This document shows positions 1 through 9,457 of a DNA stretch of 64,000 bases, piece after piece. The position numbers were made by a program, and so were the translations under genes. The notes beneath the pieces are model-generated. The model saw nothing but the letters and a program-made list of their open reading frames with translations, was not told the origin of the DNA and did not search any database. Each line of letters opens with the position of its first letter. The first letter of the stretch is position 1. Source of the stretch: Candidatus Latescibacterota bacterium (lineage in GTDB: Bacteria; Latescibacterota; UBA2968; GCA-2709665). The stretch spans positions 576,001-640,000 of the forward strand of contig OZ252100.1 of the NCBI GenBank assembly GCA_965248435.1, written 5' to 3'.

Positions 1-321
1 GCCCGAAGGGGTCTTGAGGGTATCTACTCCCCTGGGGAGTGCATCTGCCAAACTCCGAAGTTCCTTTCTCGTGAGTTTCAGACCTGCTATGTCCTGAATC
101 AGCTCGGCCTTCTGCCGCTCGAAGAGAAGGATTGCATCCTGCTGACCGATCGCATCAGACGCTGAGGACGCAATCTCGCCCGTCGCCGCCCGACCTTCAA
201 GCAGCGCTTTCAACTCATCCATGTCTTTCACGGTGCCTGTCGCAAACAGGACCACAACGCCGATGGCAGCAAATGAGATGAGCATAGCGATGATGATGAT
301 CAGTAACAGGGCAGCCTTCAT
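1..321 (-). CDS. Hypothetical membrane-anchored protein, 3' end runs off the window
   Basis: ATG at 321 preceded by GGAGG. Reads MKAALLLIIIIAMLISFAAIGVVVLFATG (one TM helix), then a helical/coiled-coil region. Open to position 1. Confidence 0.6.
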   Translation of the reverse strand, partial: MKAALLLIIIIAMLISFAAIGVVVLFATGTVKDMDELKALLEGRAATGEIASSASDAIGQQDAILLFERQKAELIQDIAGLKLTRKELRSLADALPRGVDTLKTPSG

Positions 322-390
322 CGATGCCTCCAGGAAATGAGCCCTTTAGCTTCCACATTGCAGGTATTCAAAAACCGGACGAGCCTTTCC

Positions 391-910
391 CTATTTCATC
401 TCAGTTATCGTTACCACAAGCGACTTATCGCCCAGATCGGCCAGAGTGGTGGAGCCGCCGATGTCGACGACGGCGCTCCCACTGGCCGACACGTGCCCGG
501 AGTTTTCTCCATCACGGAATTGAAGATTGCTCCGGAAGGTCAAGCCAATCTGCTCTTTTTTCCATCAAAGGCAAGTTCCCCTGAACATTGAAACTGAATG
601 AGGAGATCTTCGTGGTGATCGCAGCATTGATCGCGTAAGTCTTTGTCGCGACGGATATCGAATGCGGCTTGTCCCCCTTCTCCAGCGGTTCCAGCTTGAA
701 CTCCATCTTGATCGTCTTGCCCAGCCAGGTCATCTGCTGGGGTTCGAACCGTGACTGGATCTGTTCCAACACCTCGGTCATCACCCTCTCCACCAGTGCC
801 TCGATTCGCCGTTCTACCTCCTCGGTCCCGGAAGCCTCCTCAGCATCAGCAGGAACCACGAGCAGCAGAATGGCGAAAATCGACAGTAAAAAGCGATACC
901 AGGTCATCAC
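391..910 (-). CDS. Hypothetical secreted protein, frameshifted in an A6 run near 556-561
   Basis: Signal peptide MTWYRFLLSIFAILLLVVPADA. Removing one A extends the frame as MEKEQIGLTFRSNLQF...SLVVTITEMK to TAG at 391-393. Confidence 0.55.
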
Positions 911-1461
911 ACGCCTTTCGAGGCCGTTTGTCTTGAGTTGTCGAACCGAAAGATCACTCTGTCCCCAAGAAAGGTCTCGCCCCGATTTTCCTCAAACTCC
1001 TCTCCGAAGGCCTGACACAATGTCTTTCGCCAGAATGCCAGCGCGGGAAGATTGTTGGGCGCCACGTAAAATTCCCATTTCCCGTTGAACTTCTCGAAAC
1101 CCTGGATCGCAGCCTTCTCGCCAACGCCCTTCCCTCTGAACGCATGCACAAGAAAGAACTCGTGCACGAGATAGTCCGCCTCCGTCGGTACGTATTCTCC
1201 TGTGGCGATGAAGTTGAAGCCTACCGGAACCCCATCCACGCAGATCAGGAATGGAAACAGGACCTCGGACTTTTCCCACCAGACGTTTTGCACTTCCCCC
1301 TGATCTGCCAGTGTACGAACGAGTTCCGGTTCGAGAATGCCGTGTTTGTTCGGCACAACATCCTCGAATTCGGAAAGATCGTGAAGGTAGAGGGAGTAGA
1401 GATTCTTCGCAATGTAGGCACTGTCCTTGTCTGACAGGACGAGCTCAACGTTCGTTGTCAT
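907..1461 (-). CDS. GNAT family N-acetyltransferase
   Basis: EFFLVHAFRGKGVG acetyl-CoA motif and NLPALAFW motif. Confidence 0.85.
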   Translation of the reverse strand: MTTNVELVLSDKDSAYIAKNLYSLYLHDLSEFEDVVPNKHGILEPELVRTLADQGEVQNVWWEKSEVLFPFLICVDGVPVGFNFIATGEYVPTEADYLVHEFFLVHAFRGKGVGEKAAIQGFEKFNGKWEFYVAPNNLPALAFWRKTLCQAFGEEFEENRGETFLGDRVIFRFDNSRQTASKGV

Positions 1462-1473
1462 CGAAGAAATACC

Positions 1474-1917
1474 CTACTTTAAAGTGGATTTGCTACGGAT
1501 GCCGATCGCCATCTCCCTATAGATCCACATCGGATCGATTTTGTCCGCCTTCTTGAACCCGCATTTTAGGTAGAATTCAGTTGCGTGCGCCATGGCGAAC
1601 AAGACGTGCTGATGAAAATGCTCATACTTGGAAGTCAGCGTTCCCAGAAGCGTCTTGCCAATCCCCTTTCCCTGGTAGTCCGGCATGACGAGCAGGTGAG
1701 GGTAATACACAGTGAGGTGGCCATCTGAGATCGCGTTTCCGAGGCCCACGAGTTTGTTCTCATCCCAGGCAGTTACAACTGAGTGGGAGTTCATCAGGGC
1801 GTTGTAGAGCGCGTCCGGCTTGTTCGCCGACGGCCACTCGTTTGCTTGGTATAGATCCAGGACGTCCGCCATTCCGAAGTCCCGGTCGTCCCTGTACTGG
1901 ATATTCATTTTGTCCAT
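1474..1917 (-). CDS. GNAT family N-acetyltransferase
   Basis: LLVMPDYQGKGIGK and FYLKCGF motifs. Confidence 0.9.
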   Translation of the reverse strand: MDKMNIQYRDDRDFGMADVLDLYQANEWPSANKPDALYNALMNSHSVVTAWDENKLVGLGNAISDGHLTVYYPHLLVMPDYQGKGIGKTLLGTLTSKYEHFHQHVLFAMAHATEFYLKCGFKKADKIDPMWIYREMAIGIRSKSTLK

Positions 1918-2643
1918 TTAAGAACCCCTCACGGTTCGCGGTTCCAGCATCTCCAGAAGTTCCTCCAAGCTTTCCACCCGAAGCGAGTTGGAAGCTCCTC
2001 TATCTACACCCCTATCGAGCCAAACACCCACCATACCCATTTCAGTCGCCTTTTCAACACAGTCCGGCCAGTCATCGACGAAAATCATCTCCTCAGGCGA
2101 CAGGTCCATTCGCTCGATTGCGGTGCGAAAATTTCGCTCATCGGGCTTGCAGCGTCCAATCTGTGAGGATATGACGAACGCGTGGAAAAATTCCCTAATC
2201 CCGAGTTCCCGAAACTTACGATCGAGAGAGGGCCACGAGTCCGACAGGATGCCGAGACGAAGACCCCTTTTCTGAAGACCGTTCAGAATTCCGCGCGTCT
2301 CGAGATAGGGATGGAAGTTCGGCTGATACACCATGGCCTGCGCCAGTTTCGCAGGCAGCTCAGAGGCCGATCCAGAAAGACCTAGCTCACTAAGCAGAAT
2401 TCCATAGTAGTCTCCAAACTGGTCGCATTCCCCATCTTCAGTCAAAACGTGGTGATGTGCATCGAGATAGTCCATCCCTTTCTGCAGCGCCTCGTCCAAT
2501 CGCTTCCAGGCGAAATGGTGAACCCCGTTCTCCAGTAGAATTCGCCGGAAATGTGTCCCGGGGAACCAGGCCCCGCCAATGGGACGAACCAGGGTACCGC
2601 CCGAGTCAAGAAGCACGCCTTTGATCTCTATTAAACTGTCCAT
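1918..2643 (-). CDS. HAD-superfamily hydrolase
   Basis: LLDSGGTL (motif I variant), ILSDS, KPD and FVDD motifs. Start codon uncertain. Confidence 0.85.
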   Translation of the reverse strand: MDSLIEIKGVLLDSGGTLVRPIGGAWFPGTHFRRILLENGVHHFAWKRLDEALQKGMDYLDAHHHVLTEDGECDQFGDYYGILLSELGLSGSASELPAKLAQAMVYQPNFHPYLETRGILNGLQKRGLRLGILSDSWPSLDRKFRELGIREFFHAFVISSQIGRCKPDERNFRTAIERMDLSPEEMIFVDDWPDCVEKATEMGMVGVWLDRGVDRGASNSLRVESLEELLEMLEPRTVRGS

Positions 2644-2696
2644 CTCAGCGACCTCTGCAGATTCCAGGCCTAACAACCCTGCTTCGCGGCGACCAT

Positions 2697-3034
2697 TTAA
2701 GAGTTCGGCGCGGTTGGATCAAAACCAAACGTGTTCTCCACGACCCCTGGGAGCAGGGTGTAGACGGACCGACCGATCACCGCCTCAAATTTTGCTTGAA
2801 TCGTCAGTACCTCTTTCCACTTCTGGGCAATCTTCTCATTCGTCGTGTGCCTCACGGCGGCATCTACCATCCGCTTTTCAATCAGACAGAATCCGCTTGG
2901 AATCGCCAAGTGGTCACACAGCTGAAACAGTCCGCCTCCCCCACATACCTGGAATGCGGGATCCAGCGGCCGGGGGTCATTCGTTCGGCCTCCTCCAGGT
3001 AAGCTTCGGTCTGTCCGAGCGTGGGGATCTTCAC
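2697..3034 (-). pseudogene. Internally deleted HD-domain protein remnant
   Basis: N-terminus MKIPTLGQTEAYLEEAERMTPGRWIPHSRYVGEA is joined out of frame (about 2932) to C-terminus LFQLCDHLAIPSGFCLIEKRMVD...LLPGVVENTF. The central HD core is absent. Confidence 0.6.
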
Positions 3035-3591
3035 GTCATCGCCCCAGCTTCCAGCTTGTTCATATACAGCAGAGCCAGTGAGATCGCAGTCGTCCATCCC
3101 AGCACTTTGAATTCGTGCTGTAAGAGGGCAGTTTCCAGCTCGGATCTGGTCAGACGGACGGTCTCCAGTCCGCCAATGTCATCATAGTCAGGCTCCTTTA
3201 CGCGCACCGTGCCGAGCGCCAGGAAGAGGTTCGCCTTCCCTGCGCCGCGGTTTGCATCCACAATGTAGCTTCCCAGATCGATCCACTCCCCGGCCTCACA
3301 GCCCGTTTCTTCGAGAAGCTCTCTCTTCGCGGCAGATAAGGGGTCCTCTCCCGGATCGATGAAGCCGCCCACAGTGGCCAGCGACACCTCGTTTATGGCG
3401 TACTTTACCTGTTTAAGACAGACAAAGTCACCCGCTTCCGTCACGGCCACAACATTCGTGTAATCCGAAATGATAACCCACGGCCACTTCTCGATCACTT
3501 CTCCATCGGGCGGCCTTACGCTGTGGCTTTCCACAGTCAGGAAACTGTGCTCCAGTATCGTTTCTTTCGAAAGGGTTTTCCAAGGCTTCAT
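3031..3591 (-). CDS. NUDIX hydrolase (ADP-ribose pyrophosphatase-like)
   Basis: Nudix box GFIDPGEDPLSAAKRELLEETG. Confidence 0.9.
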   Translation of the reverse strand: MKPWKTLSKETILEHSFLTVESHSVRPPDGEVIEKWPWVIISDYTNVVAVTEAGDFVCLKQVKYAINEVSLATVGGFIDPGEDPLSAAKRELLEETGCEAGEWIDLGSYIVDANRGAGKANLFLALGTVRVKEPDYDDIGGLETVRLTRSELETALLQHEFKVLGWTTAISLALLYMNKLEAGAMT

Positions 3592-3620
3592 AGATGGCGC
3601 TCCTAACCTGGCAGATTTGC

Positions 3621-4199
3621 TCAGGACTTATTCAAACCAAAACCTTTATCCCACTCTGGTTCCAAGTCCGTGTAGACGATCCTGAAAAGATCGGGCGTCT
3701 GAATCGACTCCCAATCTTTGAATCCGAACGAATCGTCGAGATGGTTCAGGTATAATCCGATCGCGTTTCCGTGAGAACAGGCCAGGAGGACCTTTCCCAC
3801 ATTGTCCGTAGCGAGCCTCACGATACAAGCCTTCATCCGCTCCTGACAGACCTTCCCCGATTCACAATTGGGCAGGGCGAAATCGAAATCGCTCCAGGCC
3901 CTCTTGAGGATCACGTACCAATCTTCTATGTAGCGATCAGTTAACTTCCTTTCCTTCAGATCCGGCTCGATCTCAATATCAAGCCCGGCGCCTTCGCAGA
4001 ACGGCCGGACGGTTTCGACCGCCCGGGGAAATGGACTCGAATACGCTCGATCGATCCCCAAGTCATCGAGGCGATCACGAAGGTTCAACGCCTGTTCCTT
4101 TCCATCCTCCGAAAGGGGCCAGTCTGGCTCTGGGAGTTCCGGACTGGGAGCGCTCATGGCGTGACGCGCGAGGTAAATCGTGGTGGTTTCTCCGGTCAT
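3621..4199 (-). CDS. Histidine phosphatase (phosphoglycerate mutase) family protein
   Basis: LARHA, SSPFPRAVET and CSHGN motifs. Confidence 0.9.
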   Translation of the reverse strand: MTGETTTIYLARHAMSAPSPELPEPDWPLSEDGKEQALNLRDRLDDLGIDRAYSSPFPRAVETVRPFCEGAGLDIEIEPDLKERKLTDRYIEDWYVILKRAWSDFDFALPNCESGKVCQERMKACIVRLATDNVGKVLLACSHGNAIGLYLNHLDDSFGFKDWESIQTPDLFRIVYTDLEPEWDKGFGLNKS

Positions 4200-4280
4200 C
4201 CAAGAATCAATATGGTCGTTACAACGAGGCCGGCTTCGACTTCTACAGGTTGTGTATGATCGTAATTCATTCAGCCCGCT

Positions 4281-4763
4281 TCAACCGCTCGTTTCAATAC
4301 ACATAATCGTGATGTCCTGCCCGTCGTAACGGTCGCGTGTGACTTCCCGCCAACCCAGCCGGGCATAGAACTGCGGTGCGGGGTGTGTATACAGATACAG
4401 ACGATCCACGCCGAGTTCGGCGGCCGCCTTCACGACTCTTTTCACCAAAGCGGCGCCGATCCCCTGACGACGAAATTCAGGTCTTACGTAGAGTCCTGAT
4501 AGCCAGGGTGAGAGTTCCGCGTAGATCGACATATCATGCTTGACCAGCGACACCGAGCCCACGGGAGAGATACCTTCGATGGCGACGAACGCGGTGGGAA
4601 TTGCATCTCGCAGTGTGTACGTCGCAAGGTTTGCGGTCCAGGACTCTAGTGATCCATCGTGATCGAGACAGCCCCATTCATCCCAGTGCCATCTCGCAAT
4701 CGTCGGGACAAGATCGACGTGGTCGGCCAGCAATTCGATCGTGAAGGACATCCTGCGTCTCAA
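4281..4763 (-). CDS. GNAT family N-acetyltransferase
   Basis: PWLSGLYVRPEFRRQGIG and FYARLGW motifs. Confidence 0.9.
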   Translation of the reverse strand: MRRRMSFTIELLADHVDLVPTIARWHWDEWGCLDHDGSLESWTANLATYTLRDAIPTAFVAIEGISPVGSVSLVKHDMSIYAELSPWLSGLYVRPEFRRQGIGAALVKRVVKAAAELGVDRLYLYTHPAPQFYARLGWREVTRDRYDGQDITIMCIETSG

Positions 4764-5455
4764 CCAAAATTGAAATCCACGCCATACTTGACCAAACCCA
4801 GTTTTTCGGCAACCTTCTCAGACGGCACATTTCCCAGGGCGTGGCTATACAGAGGTATGAGGCCAAGCTCACGGACGGCGCTCGCCCATCCCAGGGTCAC
4901 TTCTCCTGCGTATCCTCGTCCACGATAGTCCTTCGCAGTATCGAGACCCGCCTCGGCAGCCTCCGATGTCTTTCGGGCGCAACAACACACGGAAACGGCG
5001 GCCCCGTCGACAATTCGTACAATGATCGGGTCAGACTGCTCCATTTCATTCAGCCAATCCGAAAAGAAAGGCCGCAGGAGATCTGAGTTTTCTTGTTGGA
5101 TCCTCACAACGTCCTCGGACGTCCCGATCTGTTCCGGAAACACGTAGTTCGGTCCAATCCTCATCTTCGCTACTCCCTGGTCTGTTCTAAGCAGCGATTC
5201 GAGTTTCTTTGACTGCGCCGGTGCCTCAGAAAGATCGTCAGGGATCGGCTCAGAGGAAACAACCGCTTCCACCTCATTAGCGAGTTCGTCTAGTATGTCA
5301 TAACGAAAGCGGCAAAGGTGCCCGTTTCGAGTACGACCCAAGAAAAGTCGCGGGGCCGGGGACCGATCCGGATCATTGACGCACACAAGTCGCTCGTTTT
5401 CGTCCTGAACATTCAGAACCCGGGCATGGATTTCCATCAGCTGTTGATCGTCCAA
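4760..5455 (-). CDS. GNAT family N-acetyltransferase (C-terminal GNAT domain)
   Basis: EAGLDTAKDYRGRGYA and NVPSEKVAEKLG motifs. Confidence 0.8.
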   Translation of the reverse strand: MDDQQLMEIHARVLNVQDENERLVCVNDPDRSPAPRLFLGRTRNGHLCRFRYDILDELANEVEAVVSSEPIPDDLSEAPAQSKKLESLLRTDQGVAKMRIGPNYVFPEQIGTSEDVVRIQQENSDLLRPFFSDWLNEMEQSDPIIVRIVDGAAVSVCCCARKTSEAAEAGLDTAKDYRGRGYAGEVTLGWASAVRELGLIPLYSHALGNVPSEKVAEKLGLVKYGVDFNFG

Positions 5456-5458
5456 CGC

Positions 5459-5965
5459 TCACTCCGCGCTCTGGATCGCGTAGACCTGCATCGGCTTGTT
5501 CTTCCAGGTCACATCTCTTTCAAATCGCATCCCGTTCTTGAGGGCCACCTTTTTGGAGGCGACGTTCCCTGGATCGATCAGCGAAACAAGGCGCTTGAGA
5601 CCAAGCGTGTTCAATCCATACTCCTTCGCAGCCTGTGCGGCCTCCGTGGCATATCCCCGACCCCAGTAGGTGCGATCCAGATGGTAAGAGACTTCGATTT
5701 CCAGAGCGTCTTCTACCTCCTGACGCAGCAGTCCGCACCATCCGATCAGCCGCTCCTCCCCCTTTAAGATAACTCCCCACCGTCCGTAGCCATACTCCTC
5801 ATAAAATCGAATCGTGCCTTCTACCATCTCCTGGATCGATTCGAGGGTTCGCGGTCCGCCTTTGAACTCCATCCCGGCAGGATCGATGTACATCGCCTCG
5901 ATCGTTGGAATGTCATCCAGCGTAACCTGGCGGAGGATCAAGCGCGGGGTCTCAGTCACGGTCAT
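5459..5965 (-). CDS. RimJ/RimL-type GNAT acetyltransferase
   Basis: ETPRLILR, YWGRGYATEAA and NVASKKVALKNG motifs. ATG at 5965. Confidence 0.9.
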   Translation of the reverse strand: MTVTETPRLILRQVTLDDIPTIEAMYIDPAGMEFKGGPRTLESIQEMVEGTIRFYEEYGYGRWGVILKGEERLIGWCGLLRQEVEDALEIEVSYHLDRTYWGRGYATEAAQAAKEYGLNTLGLKRLVSLIDPGNVASKKVALKNGMRFERDVTWKNKPMQVYAIQSAE

Positions 5966-6713
5966 GAGGTATCCTTTCGACAGCATCCAGAATCTGTGCC
6001 AAGGAAGTGACAGTAGCGTCAGGCTCGATCTCTTCACCCGGGTGTCCAGTTCCCCTGGATGGCGCGCGACTCAGGCTCTCGATGTAGACTTTCTCCCGAT
6101 CACTTTTCGCCACATACCCGTGGGCAACAGGGTCCAGATCGAACCAGATGCTACACATCCCGAGTCGCTTGGCAGGAGCGATGTCATTGTCGATACGGTC
6201 GCCGATCATAATTGCCTCAGCGGGCATACAATCTGCCTCCGCCAGCAGGCCTTTGAAGAACCTGGGATCCGGCTTGCTCAGATTCCGCTCCGCGCTGATC
6301 CCGACAACAGAAAAATAGCCCAGCAGCCCGGCAGTTTCCAGTGCCTGGCGGCAGATTTTTGGCTGATTCGCGGCAACACCCAGCTTATAGCTGGTTGAGA
6401 GGTTCCTCAGCACCGCTTCAGCCCCCTCTATCGCATAATTATACGCGAAATAGTCCTGTTGAATCTTTCGCCGATTCCGTTCTTGCACCTCCGCCCAACC
6501 CTCCTCGCCCAGGAATTCGTGCCCGAGGGTCACATATGGCACGCGGTCCTGATTCTTACGAACCAGTGTCTCGCGCCTCTCCATCAAAGCCTCAAATGAA
6601 ATTTGATGTCCTGAGTCACGGATCGCGTCGTGTAGTCCAAGCTAATGCATCGCAATGATTGGTTCATCGACGAACAGGACGTTGCCAATGTCGAAAAATA
6701 TCCAGTGAATCAC
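5952..6713 (-). pseudogene. HAD-superfamily hydrolase interrupted by an in-frame TAG at 6642-6644
   Basis: GTG at 6713 gives MIHWIFFDIGNVLFVDEPIIAMH*LGLHDAIRD..., in frame with the KPDPRFF and MIGDRIDNDI motifs. Confidence 0.75.
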
Positions 6714-6715
6714 AC

Positions 6716-7165
6716 TCAATTTCCCCTAAGTCCCATCTTTGCCAGGAGTTCAGAAAGCAAATATCCGTGCTCCCCGTACAGTTCAGGAACGCCGTCGGGC
6801 AGCCGCACCCAGTAGAGGTCGAATGTGATCGGTTCGCCACCGTCGCTCCGGTGTCGCTCTACGTTATGCCATCGATCTGGCGCCTCCTCTTCGCAGACAA
6901 GGTGAAAGAAGTGGCGGTTGTGTACCTCTTCAATGGAGTAGTCCCTCATGTCGCGGCGTTGTGTGCCGAGAAGGCCTACCTTTTTCAGTCGCTTCAGTCC
7001 CGTCTCCTCCTCCGCCTCCCGCATGACCGCCTCCTCGAGCCGTTCACCCTCTTCGACGGTACCTGCGGGAACCTGCACACCTGCGTCCGGATTCCCCAGA
7101 TGCTGAAAAACGAGTAGATCGCTACCTCTTGTGATGTATGCGAATACTTTGTCTCTTTGGATCAT
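6716..7165 (-). CDS. NUDIX hydrolase
   Basis: Nudix box GTVEEGERLEEAVMREAEEETGL. Confidence 0.9.
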   Translation of the reverse strand: MIQRDKVFAYITRGSDLLVFQHLGNPDAGVQVPAGTVEEGERLEEAVMREAEEETGLKRLKKVGLLGTQRRDMRDYSIEEVHNRHFFHLVCEEEAPDRWHNVERHRSDGGEPITFDLYWVRLPDGVPELYGEHGYLLSELLAKMGLRGN

Positions 7166-7367
7166 CCAGTCCCCCTAACGACGATTGGATTCCCTTAAGC
7201 TCTCCTTTACAGCTTTCAAGACAAGGTCGGATATTTGAAGGAGGAGTGTCACTCACGTTGAAGTGTAGCCAATTATGCAAGGTGCTCAAACGAAAAACCC
7301 CGCACGAGCGCTCGAGTCTCGGACGGGTTAGATTTTTGCGATTCCTTGTAGGGATCAACGATCCGGC

Positions 7368-7955
7368 CTAATCTCCCCCTGACCCCGACACGTCTACTTC
7401 AATGACCCTGGGAGAATCTGCCTCGACGCCGATCGGACCGGGAACCTCACCCCAGAATGTCTCACTTGCACTCAGACGGTAGACCACGTTTTGATCTGCG
7501 AGGTATACGGTCGGTGAAGGTTCGATCCGCACGTAGCTCTTGCTCCAGTCACTCCGGGAAGGCCCAAAGACAAAGGCGCCCACTGTATTCCCGTTTCCAT
7601 CAAACAGCGTCAACTGCAGGCCCGATGCGTCGTCGACAGAATAGGTCGGCCATTTGTTCAAATCCTCAGTCATCACGGTGCTTCGTTTCACCGACAAGAC
7701 GTTGTCGAACAGACCATCGATTCGATCCTGCCGAATTTGCAGCGTATCGTGTCCGGAAATATGCCAGGCGCCGGCCTTCTTGATCAACTCCAACTTCTCC
7801 TCTGCCCGTTCAATCGACACCCTGGCGACCTCCGCCCTGTCCCCCGAAAAAATGCTGTCGATCTGCGTCGTAACCCGGCGTTTCGAGTACTGAACGTAGA
7901 TCAGTCCGACTCCGAGCAGCACGATCGCCGCGATCCAGATGGCCCCTTTACCCAT
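7368..7955 (-). CDS. DUF4340-like membrane-anchored protein
   Basis: N-terminal TM helix and a beta-rich periplasmic domain. Lies directly after gldG, the usual position for this family. Confidence 0.7.
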   Translation of the reverse strand: MGKGAIWIAAIVLLGVGLIYVQYSKRRVTTQIDSIFSGDRAEVARVSIERAEEKLELIKKAGAWHISGHDTLQIRQDRIDGLFDNVLSVKRSTVMTEDLNKWPTYSVDDASGLQLTLFDGNGNTVGAFVFGPSRSDWSKSYVRIEPSPTVYLADQNVVYRLSASETFWGEVPGPIGVEADSPRVIEVDVSGSGGD

Positions 7956-9456
7956 ACAACGCCTCCAGGAACCTCGCCCGGGCAAGTTCCCGTCTCCACC
8001 GAAACATCCCGTAGCCGATGATAAGAATGGGCGGCAGAAAGATGTTCAACCACTTCCAGGTCACCCGTTCTGCATCCTGCAGCACGGCCAGCGGCCGCGT
8101 CGTGATCTCGCGCGAGCGAAGGGCCACGAGATCGCTGTCCCCCATCAGGAAATCCACTGCGTTGGCAACGAACAGGAAGTTCTCCTGAAATGCGCCTCCC
8201 CCGCCGTCATCGAAGAAAAAGGAATCGCCCACGAGAATCACCTGACTCACGTTCGCCGTGCTGGCAGACTTGACAGCGGAAAGCGCGCCGACCACCTTCC
8301 CCTGCTGGTTCGTATTTCTGAACGATGGATTGTCTACCGGACTCAGGTTGTAGCGTTCCGAAACGGTCCCCGATCTATTCGACGTGACGAACAGGGGCGT
8401 TACAAGAGTGGACAGGCTGTCGGACCGATTCAGAACGATTTCGCTGCTGAACAAGAACCGCACCTGCTCCAGCCCATTGACCGTCAGATGATCTCCGAAC
8501 TCCTGGATGAGCGGAAAGAAGGGATATTCGACCTGGGAGTTCATGCGGAAAATTCCACGCTGCTGGGTGACCGTGATGTGGCTGCACCGCTGGTCAACGA
8601 CGAGGTTTTCCTTCAGCGCGAATCCCAATTCCTCCAGAAACCCGAATACATTCGACTCGATCGGGCTGCCCACCTGGGTCTGCAGGTCCGCCTTGACGCG
8701 ACTCTGTGCGATGAACAGATTCCCACCTCGATCCGTGAACGCCTGGAGGTGGATCAGGGCTTCTGTGCTGAGGGAGTCCTCCACTCCGCTCATCAACAGG
8801 AGCGGGATATCCTCCGGAATCTCCGTATCCAGATCCACAACCGTTACGTTATATGATTGCCCCAAGACATCCCGGATGTTCTGGGTACCCGCTTCTCCAC
8901 CGTCCGTGGCAGCGAATCCAATCGCCCGCTTATCTTTGTCCACCAGCCGCTTGATCTCTGTGGTGATGTCGTACTCGAGCCCGGTCGTCGTTTGAATAAC
9001 GGGAAGCGTTGCCCGGGCGTCGCCATAGAGAAACACCATGCCCATGTAGACGCGCTTCACCTCTAGCTTGTCGTTCTCGATCACCTGGAGCTGCACGGGC
9101 TGAATGCCGTAGCGACGCGCCTCCTGAGTCAAGGCCTCGTCGCTTTCCGGTTTGTAGATCTCGAATCGGATCTTCCCATCCGAAAAGGCCTCATACTCTT
9201 CCAAAAGATCCTGGAGGTAACGCCGATTGTTTCCGTACTGTCCCGGCAGGTTCTCCGTGAAGTAGACCTTGAGGATGAGCCGGTCATCGAGCTTGCCGAT
9301 CACGGCCTTGCTCGATCCTGAAAGCGAATACATCTGCGTGTCAGTGAGGTCCAGCCTGAAGAAGATGTCTCGACAAACGTAGTTCAGCACCACGACGATC
9401 GCTGCGGCGCCGATTAGAAAGACGAGGAATGTCCGCTTATCGTGAACTTTCAACAT
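7948..9456 (-). CDS. gldG: GldG-family ABC transporter auxiliary/substrate-binding protein
   Basis: RLDLTDTQMYSLS, LEYDITTEI and C-terminal LRSREITTRPL plus TM helix. Confidence 0.85.
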   Translation of the reverse strand: MLKVHDKRTFLVFLIGAAAIVVVLNYVCRDIFFRLDLTDTQMYSLSGSSKAVIGKLDDRLILKVYFTENLPGQYGNNRRYLQDLLEEYEAFSDGKIRFEIYKPESDEALTQEARRYGIQPVQLQVIENDKLEVKRVYMGMVFLYGDARATLPVIQTTTGLEYDITTEIKRLVDKDKRAIGFAATDGGEAGTQNIRDVLGQSYNVTVVDLDTEIPEDIPLLLMSGVEDSLSTEALIHLQAFTDRGGNLFIAQSRVKADLQTQVGSPIESNVFGFLEELGFALKENLVVDQRCSHITVTQQRGIFRMNSQVEYPFFPLIQEFGDHLTVNGLEQVRFLFSSEIVLNRSDSLSTLVTPLFVTSNRSGTVSERYNLSPVDNPSFRNTNQQGKVVGALSAVKSASTANVSQVILVGDSFFFDDGGGGAFQENFLFVANAVDFLMGDSDLVALRSREITTRPLAVLQDAERVTWKWLNIFLPPILIIGYGMFRWRRELARARFLEALYG

Positions 9457-9457
9457 G

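Noticed and set aside
391-7165. Integron cassette array
   Set aside because: The genes overlap or abut, leaving no room for attC sites, and no integrase or repeated GTTRRRY-bounded palindromes were seen.
7939-8856. Long antisense ORFs (e.g. 305 aa opposite gldG, 330 aa opposite nuoH, 272 aa opposite manC)
   Set aside because: Expected shadows of GC-rich coding sequence; the opposite strand carries clear family motifs.
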